The notes beneath the pieces were generated by a model. It worked only from the letters and a program-made list of their open reading frames with translations. It had not been told where the DNA came from and made no database searches. The position numbers and the translations under genes are program-made. Below, piece after piece: positions 1 to 9,742 of a stretch of 57,731 nucleotides of DNA. This DNA is from an uncultured Bacteroides sp. GTDB lineage: Bacteria > Bacillota > Clostridia > Oscillospirales > Ruminococcaceae. The first letter of the stretch is position 1. The number at the start of each line of letters is the position of its first letter. Location of the stretch: positions 1 through 57,731 of the forward strand of contig CAYJLZ010000003.1 in assembly GCA_964371265.1 (NCBI GenBank), written 5' to 3'.

Positions 1-1
1 C

Positions 2-829
2 GGCGGTGTATCGTTGCGCACGTTTAATCGCAACTTCGAGGGACGCAGCGGTACGGCCGACGGGCAAATATACCTTGTAAGCCCACAAACAGCCGCGGCA
101 AGCGCACTAACCGGATATATTACCGACCCAAGTGATTTTGACAAAATTGAGCATATTGAAATGCCGAAAAAGTTTGCAATTAACGATAATATGATAGATA
201 TGCCCGCAAATGAAAGCGAATACGAGAGCGTACAAATTTTGCGTGGGCCAAATATTAAGCCGCTACCAATTGCAACACTGCCTGAAAACGAAATGAAAAT
301 AAAGTGTGCACTTAAAGTGGGCGATAACATTACAACCGACCATATTATGCCCGCAGGCAACAAAATTTTACCGTACAGAAGCAACATACCTTACTTATCA
401 CAGTACTGCTTTGAGGTTTGCGACAAAGAGTTTGCACAGCGTGCAAAGCAACTGGAATCAGGCTTTATAGTTGGCGGTGCAAACTATGGCCAGGGCAGCA
501 GCAGAGAACATGCAGCACTTGTGCCGCTGTATTTGGGCATACGTGCCGTTATTGTAAAAAGCTTTGCTCGCATACATAAGGCAAACCTAGTAAATGCAGG
601 CATTGTGCCGTTAGAATTTAAAAACGAAGACGATTACAACAGCATAGATTTGCTTGATGAAATTGTTATTGAAAACTTACTAGACGGCTTGCAAAGCGGT
701 GAACTTATACTTAAAAATAAAACAAAAAACACACAAATAAGCTTGCTTTGCAACATTACACAAAGACAGTGCGAAATAATTAAATTCGGCGGATTGTTAA
801 ACTATACAAAACAGCACAGCACAACTTAA
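2..829 (+). CDS. Aconitate hydratase, C-terminal part (5'-truncated by window)
   Basis: [10 protein letters not shown] motif, [12 protein letters not shown], and [12 protein letters not shown] of the swivel domain. The frame is open from the window start, and the gene is adjacent to isocitrate dehydrogenase. Confidence 0.9.
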   Translation, partial: GGVSLRTFNRNFEGRSGTADGQIYLVSPQTAAASALTGYITDPSDFDKIEHIEMPKKFAINDNMIDMPANESEYESVQILRGPNIKPLPIATLPENEMKIKCALKVGDNITTDHIMPAGNKILPYRSNIPYLSQYCFEVCDKEFAQRAKQLESGFIVGGANYGQGSSREHAALVPLYLGIRAVIVKSFARIHKANLVNAGIVPLEFKNEDDYNSIDLLDEIVIENLLDGLQSGELILKNKTKNTQISLLCNITQRQCEIIKFGGLLNYTKQHSTT

Positions 830-991
830 ACAGTGCGTTTTGTGGCACACTTAAAACATCTAAATATATAATATGAACAGTATGCTATATTAAATAATTT
901 AAATATTTGCAAATAAAGGCAGCACAACAAAAAACTACATTTTGCAAATATACTTTAACAGTATAGTACGTAACAACGATAGGAGAAGAAA

Positions 992-2146
992 ATGGAAAGT
1001 ATAAAAAGTGCACAAGAAAAATTTGAACAGCTTATAAAACAACAGCAAAAACGAGTTAAAGAAATGAAACAGCAAGAGGACTTTATAGATTATGCACAGC
1101 TTGATAAAATTATAATTGGCATATGCCCGGGCGATGGAATTGGAGATTCTATTACAAAAGAGGCACAAAGAGTGCTGGAATTTTTACTTAAAGGCGAAGT
1201 TGAAAGCGGTAAAGTAGAGTTTAAACAAATTGACGGCTTAACAATTGAAAACCGTGTTGCATGCATGAAAGCCATACCCGACGATGTTCTTAGCGAGCTT
1301 AAAAAGTGTAATGTAATATTAAAAGGGCCAACAACAACACCAAGGGCAGGAGACGAATGGCCAAATATAGAGAGCGCAAACGTAGCAATGCGAAAAGAAC
1401 TTGATTTGTTTGCAAATGTTAGGCCTGTAAAAGTGGCAGACCAAGGTATAGATTGGACATTTTTTAGGGAGAACACAGAGGGCGCATATACACTTGGCAG
1501 CTGTGGATTTGAGGTTGAAGATGGCATTAGCATAGACTTTACAGTTACAACAACAGAGGGAACAAATAGAATTGCAAAGCTTGCGTACGATTTTGCAGCA
1601 AAAAACGGAAAAAATAAAGTAAGCATTGTAACAAAAGCAAACGTTGTAAAACAAACCGACGGAAAATTTTTGCGTTTGTGCCAAGAAGAAGGTAAAAAAC
1701 ACCCAAATATTACAACAGACGACTGGTATATAGATATATTGACAGCAAAACTTATAGATGAAAAGCGCAGGCGTGATTTTCAGGTATTTATATTGCCAAA
1801 CCTGTACGGAGACATAATTACAGACGAGGCGGCTGAGTTTCAGGGCGGCGTAGGCACAGCAGGTAGCGGAAACATAGGCAAAAGATACGCTATGTTTGAG
1901 GCAATACACGGCTCGGCGCCGCGCATGGTGCAAGAGGGGCGTGCAAAGTATGCCGACCCTTGCAGTATGCTAAGGGCTGCAGCAATGTTGCTGGCACACA
2001 TAGGCTTTGTAGATAAATCGAACAAACTAGTGCAGGCGCTTGACACATGTATGTTTGCCGAAAAGGCACTTACCATAACAGGGCGAGATACAGGCTGTAC
2101 GTGTAGCGAGTTTGGCGATTATGTAATGAGCAAAATTGAAGTATAA
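992..2146 (+). CDS. icd: Isocitrate/isopropylmalate dehydrogenase family protein, probably isocitrate dehydrogenase
   Basis: PGDGIG, LKGPTTTP, RENTEG, TKANV, PNLYGDI and EAIHGSAP motifs; follows aconitase; AGGAG RBS. Confidence 0.8.
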   Translation: MESIKSAQEKFEQLIKQQQKRVKEMKQQEDFIDYAQLDKIIIGICPGDGIGDSITKEAQRVLEFLLKGEVESGKVEFKQIDGLTIENRVACMKAIPDDVLSELKKCNVILKGPTTTPRAGDEWPNIESANVAMRKELDLFANVRPVKVADQGIDWTFFRENTEGAYTLGSCGFEVEDGISIDFTVTTTEGTNRIAKLAYDFAAKNGKNKVSIVTKANVVKQTDGKFLRLCQEEGKKHPNITTDDWYIDILTAKLIDEKRRRDFQVFILPNLYGDIITDEAAEFQGGVGTAGSGNIGKRYAMFEAIHGSAPRMVQEGRAKYADPCSMLRAAAMLLAHIGFVDKSNKLVQALDTCMFAEKALTITGRDTGCTCSEFGDYVMSKIEV

Positions 2147-2167
2147 TTTTAATAAACGTATGTAGTA

Positions 2168-2202
2168 CCGGTAGTGTTTGCCAGTTGTGCAAGCATTACC
2201 GG
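2168..2202 (+). other. Intergenic stem-loop between icd and rex
   Basis: CCGGTAGTGTTTGC-(7 nt)-GCAAGCATTACCGG, 14 bp with two G-U pairs; no U-tract on +. Confidence 0.55.
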
Positions 2203-2233
2203 GCAAAAATAAAGCATAGAAAGGCCGATAAGA

Positions 2234-2872
2234 ATGAATGAACACAGTAAGGTATCTTTGCCCGTAATTCACAGATTGCCCAGATATTACAGACACATAC
2301 TGGAGCTTAAAAACAAAGGCGTTAAAAAAATTTCATCTAGCGAACTTGCTGCAATTATGGGCTCGACTGCCTCGCAAGTTAGACAGGACTTTAACTGCTT
2401 TGGCGGGTTTGGCCAGCAGGGTATAGGTTACAATGTGCAGTTTTTGCACGATGAAATAGCGAGCTTGCTTTTTAGTGAAAAAAAGCTGGGCACAATATTA
2501 ATTGGAACAGGTAGGCTTGGTAGGTTAATTTCGTCTTATCTTACAGGTGAGGCGCGTGGGTATCACTTATTGGCATCTTTTGATAAGAATAAAGAAGAAG
2601 TAGGCAAAACGCTGTGCGGTGCACCTGTTTTGGACGTAGAGGATTTGATGAGCTTTTGCCAAAACCATAAACCCGACATTGCAGCACTTTGTTTGCCTAA
2701 ATCGGGCGCTATACAACTTGCGCCAACGCTTGTATCGCTTGGCATAAAAGGATTTTGGAACTTTAGCCACTACGATTTAACTGTGGAGTATGAGGACGTT
2801 ATAGTGGAGAATGTTCATTTAAGCGATAGTTTGGCTAGCCTTGCGTACAGGGTTAGAAATAAAGGCGAATAA
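2234..2872 (+). CDS. rex: Redox-sensing transcriptional repressor Rex
   Basis: N-terminal wHTH RLPRYYR...SQVRQDFNCFGGFGQQG, Rossmann IGTGRLG, C-terminal GIKGFWNFS. Confidence 0.93.
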   Translation: MNEHSKVSLPVIHRLPRYYRHILELKNKGVKKISSSELAAIMGSTASQVRQDFNCFGGFGQQGIGYNVQFLHDEIASLLFSEKKLGTILIGTGRLGRLISSYLTGEARGYHLLASFDKNKEEVGKTLCGAPVLDVEDLMSFCQNHKPDIAALCLPKSGAIQLAPTLVSLGIKGFWNFSHYDLTVEYEDVIVENVHLSDSLASLAYRVRNKGE

Positions 2873-2899
2873 ATACTGTTATGTTAAAGGAATGTTGAA

Positions 2900-3511
2900 A
2901 TGGCTAAATTATATTACAGGTACGGTGCAATGAACAGCGGTAAAAGCACCGCACTTATGCAAGTAGCGCACAATTACGAAGAGCGTGGAATGAGGGTGCT
3001 TATAATAAAACCGTCGGTAGACACAAAGGGCGGAGAGAGTATTGTATCGCGCCTTGGTGTAGAGCGCAAAGTAGATGTTGCTGTTGGAGCAACTGCAAAT
3101 ATATACGAAATTGTACAAGAAAATATAAAAGCAAACAAAGAACTTGCCTGTGTTTTAACAGATGAAAGCCAGTTTTTTACACCCGAGCAAGCACAACAGC
3201 TGTTTATGCTTACCGTAAACTTAAACTTGCCTGTAATTTGCTATGGACTGCGCACCGATTTTTCGCTAAAAGGCTTTCCGGGTTCTACACGCCTATTAGA
3301 GCTTGCACACAACGTTGAAGAGATGAAAACAATATGTAAGTGTGGGCGAAAGGCTATGTGCAACGGAAGGAAAATTAACGGCAAGTATGTATTTGAGGGC
3401 TCTCAAGTTGCAATAGATATGCAAGGAGATGTAAAGTACGAGTCCTTGTGTCCGGCATGTTATTTTAAAGAACGCGATAATTTTTTCAGCACAAAACAAA
3501 AGAACATTTAA
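2900..3511 (+). CDS. tdk: Thymidine kinase
   Basis: GAMNSGKST P-loop, DESQF, YGLRTDF, and Zn ligands CKC...CPAC. Confidence 0.95.
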   Translation: MAKLYYRYGAMNSGKSTALMQVAHNYEERGMRVLIIKPSVDTKGGESIVSRLGVERKVDVAVGATANIYEIVQENIKANKELACVLTDESQFFTPEQAQQLFMLTVNLNLPVICYGLRTDFSLKGFPGSTRLLELAHNVEEMKTICKCGRKAMCNGRKINGKYVFEGSQVAIDMQGDVKYESLCPACYFKERDNFFSTKQKNI

Positions 3512-3636
3512 ATTTAGCAACCGGTAGCACCTTTGCAAATTTAAAAAAGGCACGGTGCCTGTAAAAGTAGCCTAAACAATACGTAGGCCCGATAAAACAA
3601 TTGGTGCACTGCTAAATACAAATAAGGCTTGTAATA

Positions 3637-3666
3637 TTGACAACAAATATAAAAATATTGTATAAT
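3637..3666 (+). promoter_or_regulatory. SigA-type promoter of tRNA-Thr
   Basis: Perfect TTGACA-N18-TATAAT ending 35 nt upstream of the tRNA. Confidence 0.8.
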
Positions 3667-3701
3667 TTTACGGTAGGCAAACTTAGTTGTCTTAAATTTG
3701 T

Positions 3702-3777
3702 GCTGTTATAGCTCAGTCGGCAGAGCACTTCCTTGGTAAGGAAGAGGTCGTGCGTTCGAATCGCATTAACAGCTCCA
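3702..3777 (+). tRNA. tRNA-Thr(GGT)
   Basis: Acceptor stem GCTGTTA/TAACAGC, D arm GCTC/GAGC, anticodon arm CTTCC-TTGGTAA-GGAAG, T loop GTTCGAAT, encoded CCA; 76 nt. Confidence 0.97.
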
Positions 3778-3786
3778 TTTTAGAGA

Positions 3787-3821
3787 ATGGGGATGTTGCG
3801 TTATATGCGTAACATCCCCGT
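3787..3821 (+). terminator. Hairpin after tRNA-Thr (probable terminator or processing signal)
   Basis: GGGGATGTTGCG...CGTAACATCCCC stem followed by TTATTA. Confidence 0.65.
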
Positions 3822-3891
3822 TATTATAGCTTTGTTGCTAAAAAATACCGGAAATTTAATAATATGTGCAAAATAAATTGTGGTGGAAAAA

Positions 3892-4587
3892 ATGTTAAAA
3901 AAAATACTTGTAATACCGGCACACAACGAGCAAGATAGCATTGTAAACACAATAACAGATATTAAAAAGCATTGCCCCGACTGGGACTATGTTATTATTA
4001 ACGATGGTTCTCACGATGATACGCTTAAAGTTTGCAAACAAAACGAATTTAACGTAATCAACCTTGCATCTAATTTGGGGCTTGCCGGTGCTTTTCAAAC
4101 GGGAATGCTTTATGCAAGCGAAAATAATTACGACTACGCTATGCAATTTGATGCGGACGGCCAGCATTTGGCAAAGTATGTGCATGTGCTGGAAAAGTTG
4201 GCAATTGAAAGCGGAGTGGACATAGTTTCGGGATCGCGTTTTGTAAGCGAAAAAAAGCCGTTTTCGCCCAGGATGTTTGGCAGTAGGCTTATTACGGCAA
4301 TAATATATATAACAACAGGCAAACTTTTAACCGACCCCACAAGCGGTATGCGTATTTTTAATAAAAAAGTAATTAATTTACTTGCAAAAAGCGTTAATTG
4401 CCACCCCGAGCCCGATACTCTTGCACACCTGTTAAGGCAAAAGTATAAAATTGCCGAGTGCCAAGTGGAAATGGCCGAGCGTGTTGCGGGGCAAAGCTAT
4501 TTAAATTTGTTTAGTGGGCTTAAGTACACATTAAACACTGTTGTGTCAATAGTTTTAATTCAGTGGTTTCGAAAGGGTGACGGATAA
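3892..4587 (+). CDS. GT2 polyprenol-phosphate glycosyltransferase (DPM1/GacI-like)
   Basis: IPAHNE, INDGSHD, QFDADGQH (DxD), GSRF and DPTSGMR motifs. ATG at 3892 follows GGTGG; the ORF track starts at 3880. Confidence 0.88.
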   Translation: MLKKILVIPAHNEQDSIVNTITDIKKHCPDWDYVIINDGSHDDTLKVCKQNEFNVINLASNLGLAGAFQTGMLYASENNYDYAMQFDADGQHLAKYVHVLEKLAIESGVDIVSGSRFVSEKKPFSPRMFGSRLITAIIYITTGKLLTDPTSGMRIFNKKVINLLAKSVNCHPEPDTLAHLLRQKYKIAECQVEMAERVAGQSYLNLFSGLKYTLNTVVSIVLIQWFRKGDG

Positions 4588-4940
4588 TGGGTTTGCTTTT
4601 TAGGGCTATGCTAATACTTGGCAGTATAATTACATGCGGCTTTATACTATTTAAAGTAAGAAGATCGAAAGTGCAAATAGAGGACAGCATATTTTGGATT
4701 TTTTTATCGGCAATTGTGTTTTTGCTTAGTTTATTCCCTCAAATAGCGTTTTTTGTTTCGGACATATTGCTTATAGAGTCGCCGGTAAACTTTATATACC
4801 TTGTAATTATATTTATTTTAATTGTACATCAGTTTTACATGACTATGAGAATATCGCAGTTGAACAACAGAATTAAAGAAGTTGTGCAAAGAAAGGCTAT
4901 AGACGATTATAATAATGAGCAAAAAACAAAAAGGCCGTAA
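4587..4940 (+). CDS. DUF2304 small membrane protein (GacJ-like GT2 partner)
   Basis: 117 aa, three hydrophobic helices, FP...IESPVN motif, C-terminal coiled coil; TAATG coupling to the GT2. Confidence 0.8.
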   Translation: MGLLFRAMLILGSIITCGFILFKVRRSKVQIEDSIFWIFLSAIVFLLSLFPQIAFFVSDILLIESPVNFIYLVIIFILIVHQFYMTMRISQLNNRIKEVVQRKAIDDYNNEQKTKRP

Positions 4941-4959
4941 TTTAAACTATAAATATAAA

Positions 4960-4993
4960 AAAGCTTAAGGGCGATGTTTCGCCTTTAAGCTTT
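4960..4993. terminator. Bidirectional intrinsic terminator
   Basis: AAAGCTTAAGGGCGA-TGTT-TCGCCTTTAAGCTTT flanked by A and T runs, between convergent genes. Confidence 0.8.
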
Positions 4994-5632
4994 ATTTTTT
5001 TTGTTTATAATTAAACTAGCTAGTATATCTGTAAAAGTAAGTAAAAAAAGCGGTAAAATTAAAATAATAAACAGCATGCTGGTGTTAATTGGAACTAAAT
5101 CGAAAAACGTGGCTCTGTTTAAAATAATGTCGCCAAATTCAATAGTAACGTCGGAGTGGACTCCGCAATCAAACCTAATTTTTTTAGTGCCAAGCGGTAA
5201 ATTAAACGTATAATAACCGTCTTTATACTGTGCATACAACATTTTATTTGAAGAAAAATCATCATTTGCATTTTGTGCATAAAACAGGTTTACTTCTCCT
5301 GGTAGTTGAGAGTACCGAGCGTTAATATGCAAGCTTTTTATGTTTTTAGCATCGTTTAAAATTAGTTGAGAGTCGTTTGTTGTAGTAATTATAGTGTTTT
5401 CGTTTACCACTTCAATTCCAATATGATCAAAACTGTTTATGTTTAAATTTAGCGTAGAGTAATAATTTGTAGAGAACAGTAATAAATTTACGGCACCTAT
5501 TGCCAAAGCACAAAACAAAACAATTATACTAACTGCGGCATAACATATAACAATGCATTTAAGCGTATGGCTTTTTATATAAGTGTCAATTTTTAGCAAA
5601 AAGGTGCATGTTGTGTTTTTGTGCTCTTTCAA
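4985..5632 (-). CDS. Hypothetical membrane protein with two TM anchors and an extracellular beta-rich domain
   Basis: 215 aa; TTG start with GAGGAGG RBS; overlaps the upstream gene by 4 bp; hydrophobic N- and C-terminal segments. Confidence 0.7.
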   Translation of the reverse strand: MKEHKNTTCTFLLKIDTYIKSHTLKCIVICYAAVSIIVLFCALAIGAVNLLLFSTNYYSTLNLNINSFDHIGIEVVNENTIITTTNDSQLILNDAKNIKSLHINARYSQLPGEVNLFYAQNANDDFSSNKMLYAQYKDGYYTFNLPLGTKKIRFDCGVHSDVTIEFGDIILNRATFFDLVPINTSMLFIILILPLFLLTFTDILASLIINKKNKA

Positions 5633-7608
5633 AAATGCACCTCCTCAAAATAAACCGTTTCGCCTTGTACTACCTTATACATTGTGTTAATTTTAAGCTC
5701 GCTTTTAAAGTGTTCGCTGTAAGATAACTTAAATTCTTCCTCAATATATGATATAAATACATAATCGAAATTTTCGGCAATAATTTGCAAAAATTCATCA
5801 TCTGTTGCAACAATATAGTAGCTTTCGTTCTCAGGTGTTAAGTATTTTTCTTCAATAAAAGATTTTGAAAAATCAAACCCGGTGTGGTTAGTATCCACGT
5901 TAACATATGCGGGAAGCAGATAGTACCTGTCAAGCATATAAGTGTAATCGTTGTACCTTTCACTAACTAAAAAAACTTTTGGCGATGTGCTTAAAACATT
6001 GTTATAAGGTGCAATTTCATGCTTTTGCTGTATGGCTTGCATATAGTGGTTTTGTGGGCTGGCAACAAAAATTTTGTTTGTACCCATAAAAAATAAACAA
6101 GCAGTTAAAAAAGCCGAAAACGCTGTAATAATAAATATTTTTTTGCGTTTTATTAAAATGCTTGCAAGCATAGCAATAGTTAAATACAACCAAATCCAGT
6201 AATAGGTAGACATATATCGCGAGTATTCAACCATGCCATCTGAAAACTGTGCTATAAAATAGCTAATTGCAAGTGCATATAATAAACCGCTTATAATTAT
6301 GCCCAAAAGACATATAGTAAGAGCTAGCCTTTGGCTTTTTTTGCTAAAAACAATGCAAACCACGCCCAATATAATTAAAATAAGTACTAATAAAAAGTCG
6401 TATATAAAAAAAGTGGTTTTTGTATTTGTAAATTGCAACGCCATGTCGTTAATAACTTCGGCTTGGCGATTGCTGCGAAGAGAGGGAGATATAATGCTTT
6501 GTACAAAAGTTGCACTTTGCTCGGGCAAGGGCTGCTCGGGCAAGGCTTGCTGCTGGGGTGCTTGATGCTCCAGCATACCGTTTATTAATGTAACACTACT
6601 GCTGGGGGGCTGATAAAAATGTATTTTAGAAGATATGCTGTTGTACCCTATGTAAAGTGTAAAAAGAAATACTCCACCTAAAATAAGGGGTAAAAAGCGA
6701 AAAATAACCCGTGAACCGTTTTGGTTTTGTGCAAAAATTTGAAAGCATGCAATAATGCAAAGAGAAAGCAAAGCAAAAACAATGCCTACATTTTTTGTTA
6801 AACAACAAAGAAATGCCGGCACAAAATATGCGTATTTTAAAGCACTGTCTTTAACTAAAAAATACAGCAAAACACAGCCAACCGCATAAATTGCTATTAA
6901 AAAATCTACCATAGCGGTTGCGTAAGCATACGATTGATTTGAAAAATCGGGCCATGTTGGGTGAGTTGTTTGAAAAAAAACGCAAACAGTACAAAGAAAA
7001 AATACACTGATAGCACCAATGCCGCTTTTATATTTGCAAATAATAATTTCGCTTAAAAGTGCAAAAACCGCAAGCATTACAACGGCGTATGCATAGTAGT
7101 GCACATAATCGTTAAATGTATTGTTAAACGCCGAAAATATAAATACAAGAGTACTGCTGCCGGTTGGTAAATTTGAAAAGCTGTTTAATCCGAAATTTTG
7201 CACAAACGGTAAAAAATGAGTGGTGTGTGCCTGTTTTGCAGCCGTACCCCAAAACGAGTATTCATCCCAGTAATGGAATAAAGGGTTTTGATAAGCGTAA
7301 ATGGCAAGAAAAATAAATGTACTTATTAATAAAAGAACATAAGGAACCGTAAAAAACTTACTTACCGCAGAGAAGTTTTTGCTTTTAAAATCTATTACAA
7401 TTTGCACGCAGCCAAATAAAATGCAAAGCGCATAAAAAAGCAACATGCCCGCAAACAACAAGTTAAAAGCACCAAGCACCCATACAAAGCCTGCGCCAAA
7501 ACACAGCACTATAAAAAAACATGCCACCGGTGGGGCATTAAATCTTCGATGCAGAAAGTAACCTGCAATACTTATTAAAATTATTGGTATATAATAAACC
7601 ATATGCAA
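5629..7608 (-). CDS. Polytopic membrane protein, putative GT-C fold glycosyltransferase
   Basis: 659 aa with many TM helices; WDEYSFWG acidic pair in the first large loop; late YSRY motif; GT2/DUF2304 context. Confidence 0.6.
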   Translation of the reverse strand: MHMVYYIPIILISIAGYFLHRRFNAPPVACFFIVLCFGAGFVWVLGAFNLLFAGMLLFYALCILFGCVQIVIDFKSKNFSAVSKFFTVPYVLLLISTFIFLAIYAYQNPLFHYWDEYSFWGTAAKQAHTTHFLPFVQNFGLNSFSNLPTGSSTLVFIFSAFNNTFNDYVHYYAYAVVMLAVFALLSEIIICKYKSGIGAISVFFLCTVCVFFQTTHPTWPDFSNQSYAYATAMVDFLIAIYAVGCVLLYFLVKDSALKYAYFVPAFLCCLTKNVGIVFALLSLCIIACFQIFAQNQNGSRVIFRFLPLILGGVFLFTLYIGYNSISSKIHFYQPPSSSVTLINGMLEHQAPQQQALPEQPLPEQSATFVQSIISPSLRSNRQAEVINDMALQFTNTKTTFFIYDFLLVLILIILGVVCIVFSKKSQRLALTICLLGIIISGLLYALAISYFIAQFSDGMVEYSRYMSTYYWIWLYLTIAMLASILIKRKKIFIITAFSAFLTACLFFMGTNKIFVASPQNHYMQAIQQKHEIAPYNNVLSTSPKVFLVSERYNDYTYMLDRYYLLPAYVNVDTNHTGFDFSKSFIEEKYLTPENESYYIVATDDEFLQIIAENFDYVFISYIEEEFKLSYSEHFKSELKINTMYKVVQGETVYFEEVHF

Positions 7609-7890
7609 TTCCTATTCATAAAAATTGTAAGTATAATTATACTCAAACAGTGCATATGTGTCAACGAATTAATACACACTTATTTAAATTAATTGTATTT
7701 TGCATAATAGTACAGGCAATAAAAATATTAATTAGTAAAAAAATACTTTGTTTGAAGAATTTTGAGTAATAAATCGTTACATTTACATGGAATATAAAAC
7801 AATTATACATAAAAGTGCATACTTAATACATAAAAAAGCATATATATTGCACTAATTTTTAGTTAAAACAAAAGTAATGTGCAGATTTGA

Positions 7891-7920
7891 TTGATATTTA
7901 TGTGTAAAATGTGTTAAAAT
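7891..7920 (+). promoter_or_regulatory. Putative SigA promoter of the GT4 gene
   Basis: TTGATA-N18-TAAAAT with a TG extension, but in a very AT-rich region. Confidence 0.4.
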
Positions 7921-8031
7921 ATTAAAAGTTAAGTTGAAATAAATTAATTTTAACGTAATACAATAGTTTTTTAATGTTTAATTAATATATCCATACAACT
8001 ACACAGGCAATTTTTTTAAGGAGATGATTTA

Positions 8032-9225
8032 TTGAACATACTTATAACAACCGATACATATTACCCAATGGTAAACGGGGTTGTCACTTCTATATCTAAT
8101 TTAAAGGGTGAGCTTACAAAGCTTGGCCACGATGTTAAAATTCTTACTCTTACAGATGCTTCCTCGTCGTATGAGGCGGACGGCGTAACTTATTTAAGCT
8201 CGCTAAATGCCGACCTTATATACCCGGGCGCAAAAGTTTTTAAAAATTATTTTTCACGTCATATAGAAGAACTTATAAAGTGGAAACCCGATGTTATACA
8301 CTCTCAAACGGAGTTTTCGACTTTTGTGTTTGCAAAAAAAATAGCTAAAAGAACTAATTCGCCGCTTGTACACACCTACCACACAATGTACGAGGACTAT
8401 ACCCATTACTTTATTAAAAGTCGACGTGTGGGGAAAATGGCCGTTTCGAAGTTGTGCAAGTTGTTTTTAGACAAGAGCAATTACATTATAGCGCCACCGC
8501 AAAAAACAAAAGATGTGCTATTAAAATATAATTTAGATTGCAACATTGAGGTAATACCCACGGGTATTAATTTAAGTAGGTTTAAAAGCATACCGTCTGA
8601 CAGCCGCATTGAACAGCTGAAAAACAGGCATAATATTAAAAGCGATAAACTGAATATGATTTTTATAGGGCGAATTGGCAAAGAGAAAAACATTGATCAA
8701 ATAATAAAACTTATGCCAAAACTAGAGAAGTATAATGTTAATTTTATTATAGTTGGCGATGGCCCCGCAGCAGAAAACCTTAAAAAATGCGCAATAGAGA
8801 ACAATGTTCAAGAGCATATAATTTTTACAGGCATGGTTGCCCAAAAAGACGTTGCCGATTATTACAGGCTTGGCGATGTATTTGTAAGCGCATCTACAAG
8901 CGAAACGCAGGGCCTTACCTATATAGAGGCGGCGGCCTGTGGTTTGCCTATGCTTTGCAAAAAAGACGATTGCTTAAAAGGCATAATAATTGAAGGTGAA
9001 AACGGCTGGCAATTTGCAAGTGACGAAGAGTTTGTTGATAAACTTAAAGTGCTTGCAAGCAGTGAGGAAACAAGGAAAAAAATGGCGCAAAAGTCGCTTA
9101 ATATAGCAAACGGTAATTTTTCAAGCGAAACGTTTGCACAAAGGGCGCAAAATTTGTACTATAAGGCAATAAGTCAAAAATCTCATATGAGGTATGGCGA
9201 ATACTTGCAAAATAAAGAGGCATAA
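8032..9225 (+). CDS. GT4 glycosyltransferase, 1,2-diacylglycerol glucosyltransferase-like
   Basis: TDTYYPMVNGV, HTYHTMYEDY, GRIGKEKN and SETQGLTYIEAAACGLP motifs; TTG start after AAGGAG. Confidence 0.85.
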   Translation: MNILITTDTYYPMVNGVVTSISNLKGELTKLGHDVKILTLTDASSSYEADGVTYLSSLNADLIYPGAKVFKNYFSRHIEELIKWKPDVIHSQTEFSTFVFAKKIAKRTNSPLVHTYHTMYEDYTHYFIKSRRVGKMAVSKLCKLFLDKSNYIIAPPQKTKDVLLKYNLDCNIEVIPTGINLSRFKSIPSDSRIEQLKNRHNIKSDKLNMIFIGRIGKEKNIDQIIKLMPKLEKYNVNFIIVGDGPAAENLKKCAIENNVQEHIIFTGMVAQKDVADYYRLGDVFVSASTSETQGLTYIEAAACGLPMLCKKDDCLKGIIIEGENGWQFASDEEFVDKLKVLASSEETRKKMAQKSLNIANGNFSSETFAQRAQNLYYKAISQKSHMRYGEYLQNKEA

Positions 9226-9236
9226 CAACAAAACAC

Positions 9237-9271
9237 AAAAAACACCTTGCTGTTTGCAAGGTGTTTTTTTT
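9237..9271. terminator. Bidirectional intrinsic terminator
   Basis: AAAAAACACCTTGC-TGTTT-GCAAGGTGTTTTTTTT between convergent genes. Confidence 0.85.
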
Positions 9272-9309
9272 AATAAAAATATTAAATAAAACTTTTAAAT
9301 TATATTTGC

Positions 9310-9714
9310 CTATTTAGTTGGGTTCACAATATTACGCCAATCCAAATCGCCTCTGTCCAATCCGTGAATTAAAACTTCGGCAGTAGCTATATTTGTAGCC
9401 ATAGGTATGTTGTGTACATCGCAAAGTCTTAAAAGGTTTAAATCGTTTGGCTCGCGAGGCTTAACCGTAATAGGGTCTCTAAAAAACAGCAACAGGTCAA
9501 TTTCGTTGCAGGCAATGCACGCCGAAATTTGCTGGCCACCCCCGTGTGTGCCCGACATAAAGCGCTGTATGGTAAGGCCTGTTGCCTCGGCAATAAGCTT
9601 GCCCGTAGTGCCTGTTGCAACAAGCGAGTGCTGTGCCAGTATGCGGCAATACGCAATACAAAACTGCACCATAAGCTCTTTCTTCGAATCGTGTGCAATT
9701 AAAGCAATTTTCAT
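9310..9714 (-). CDS. mgsA: Methylglyoxal synthase-like protein (catalytic residues altered)
   Basis: IALIAHD, ATGTTG, FFRDP and NIPMATN motifs. Start reassigned to MKIALI at 9714, after a GAGAGGGG RBS. Confidence 0.8.
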   Translation of the reverse strand: MKIALIAHDSKKELMVQFCIAYCRILAQHSLVATGTTGKLIAEATGLTIQRFMSGTHGGGQQISACIACNEIDLLLFFRDPITVKPREPNDLNLLRLCDVHNIPMATNIATAEVLIHGLDRGDLDWRNIVNPTK

Positions 9715-9742
9715 AAATTTTCCCCTCTCTAAAAAAAACCGG

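Noticed and set aside
2209..2231. Sigma-28-like GCCGATAA before rex (similar partial hits near 3588 and 11801)
   Set aside because: Wrong spacing to TAAA; the rex hit abuts the start codon and overlaps the RBS.
3702..9225. Genomic island integrated at tRNA-Thr
   Set aside because: No integrase and no duplicated tRNA 3' end were found in the window.
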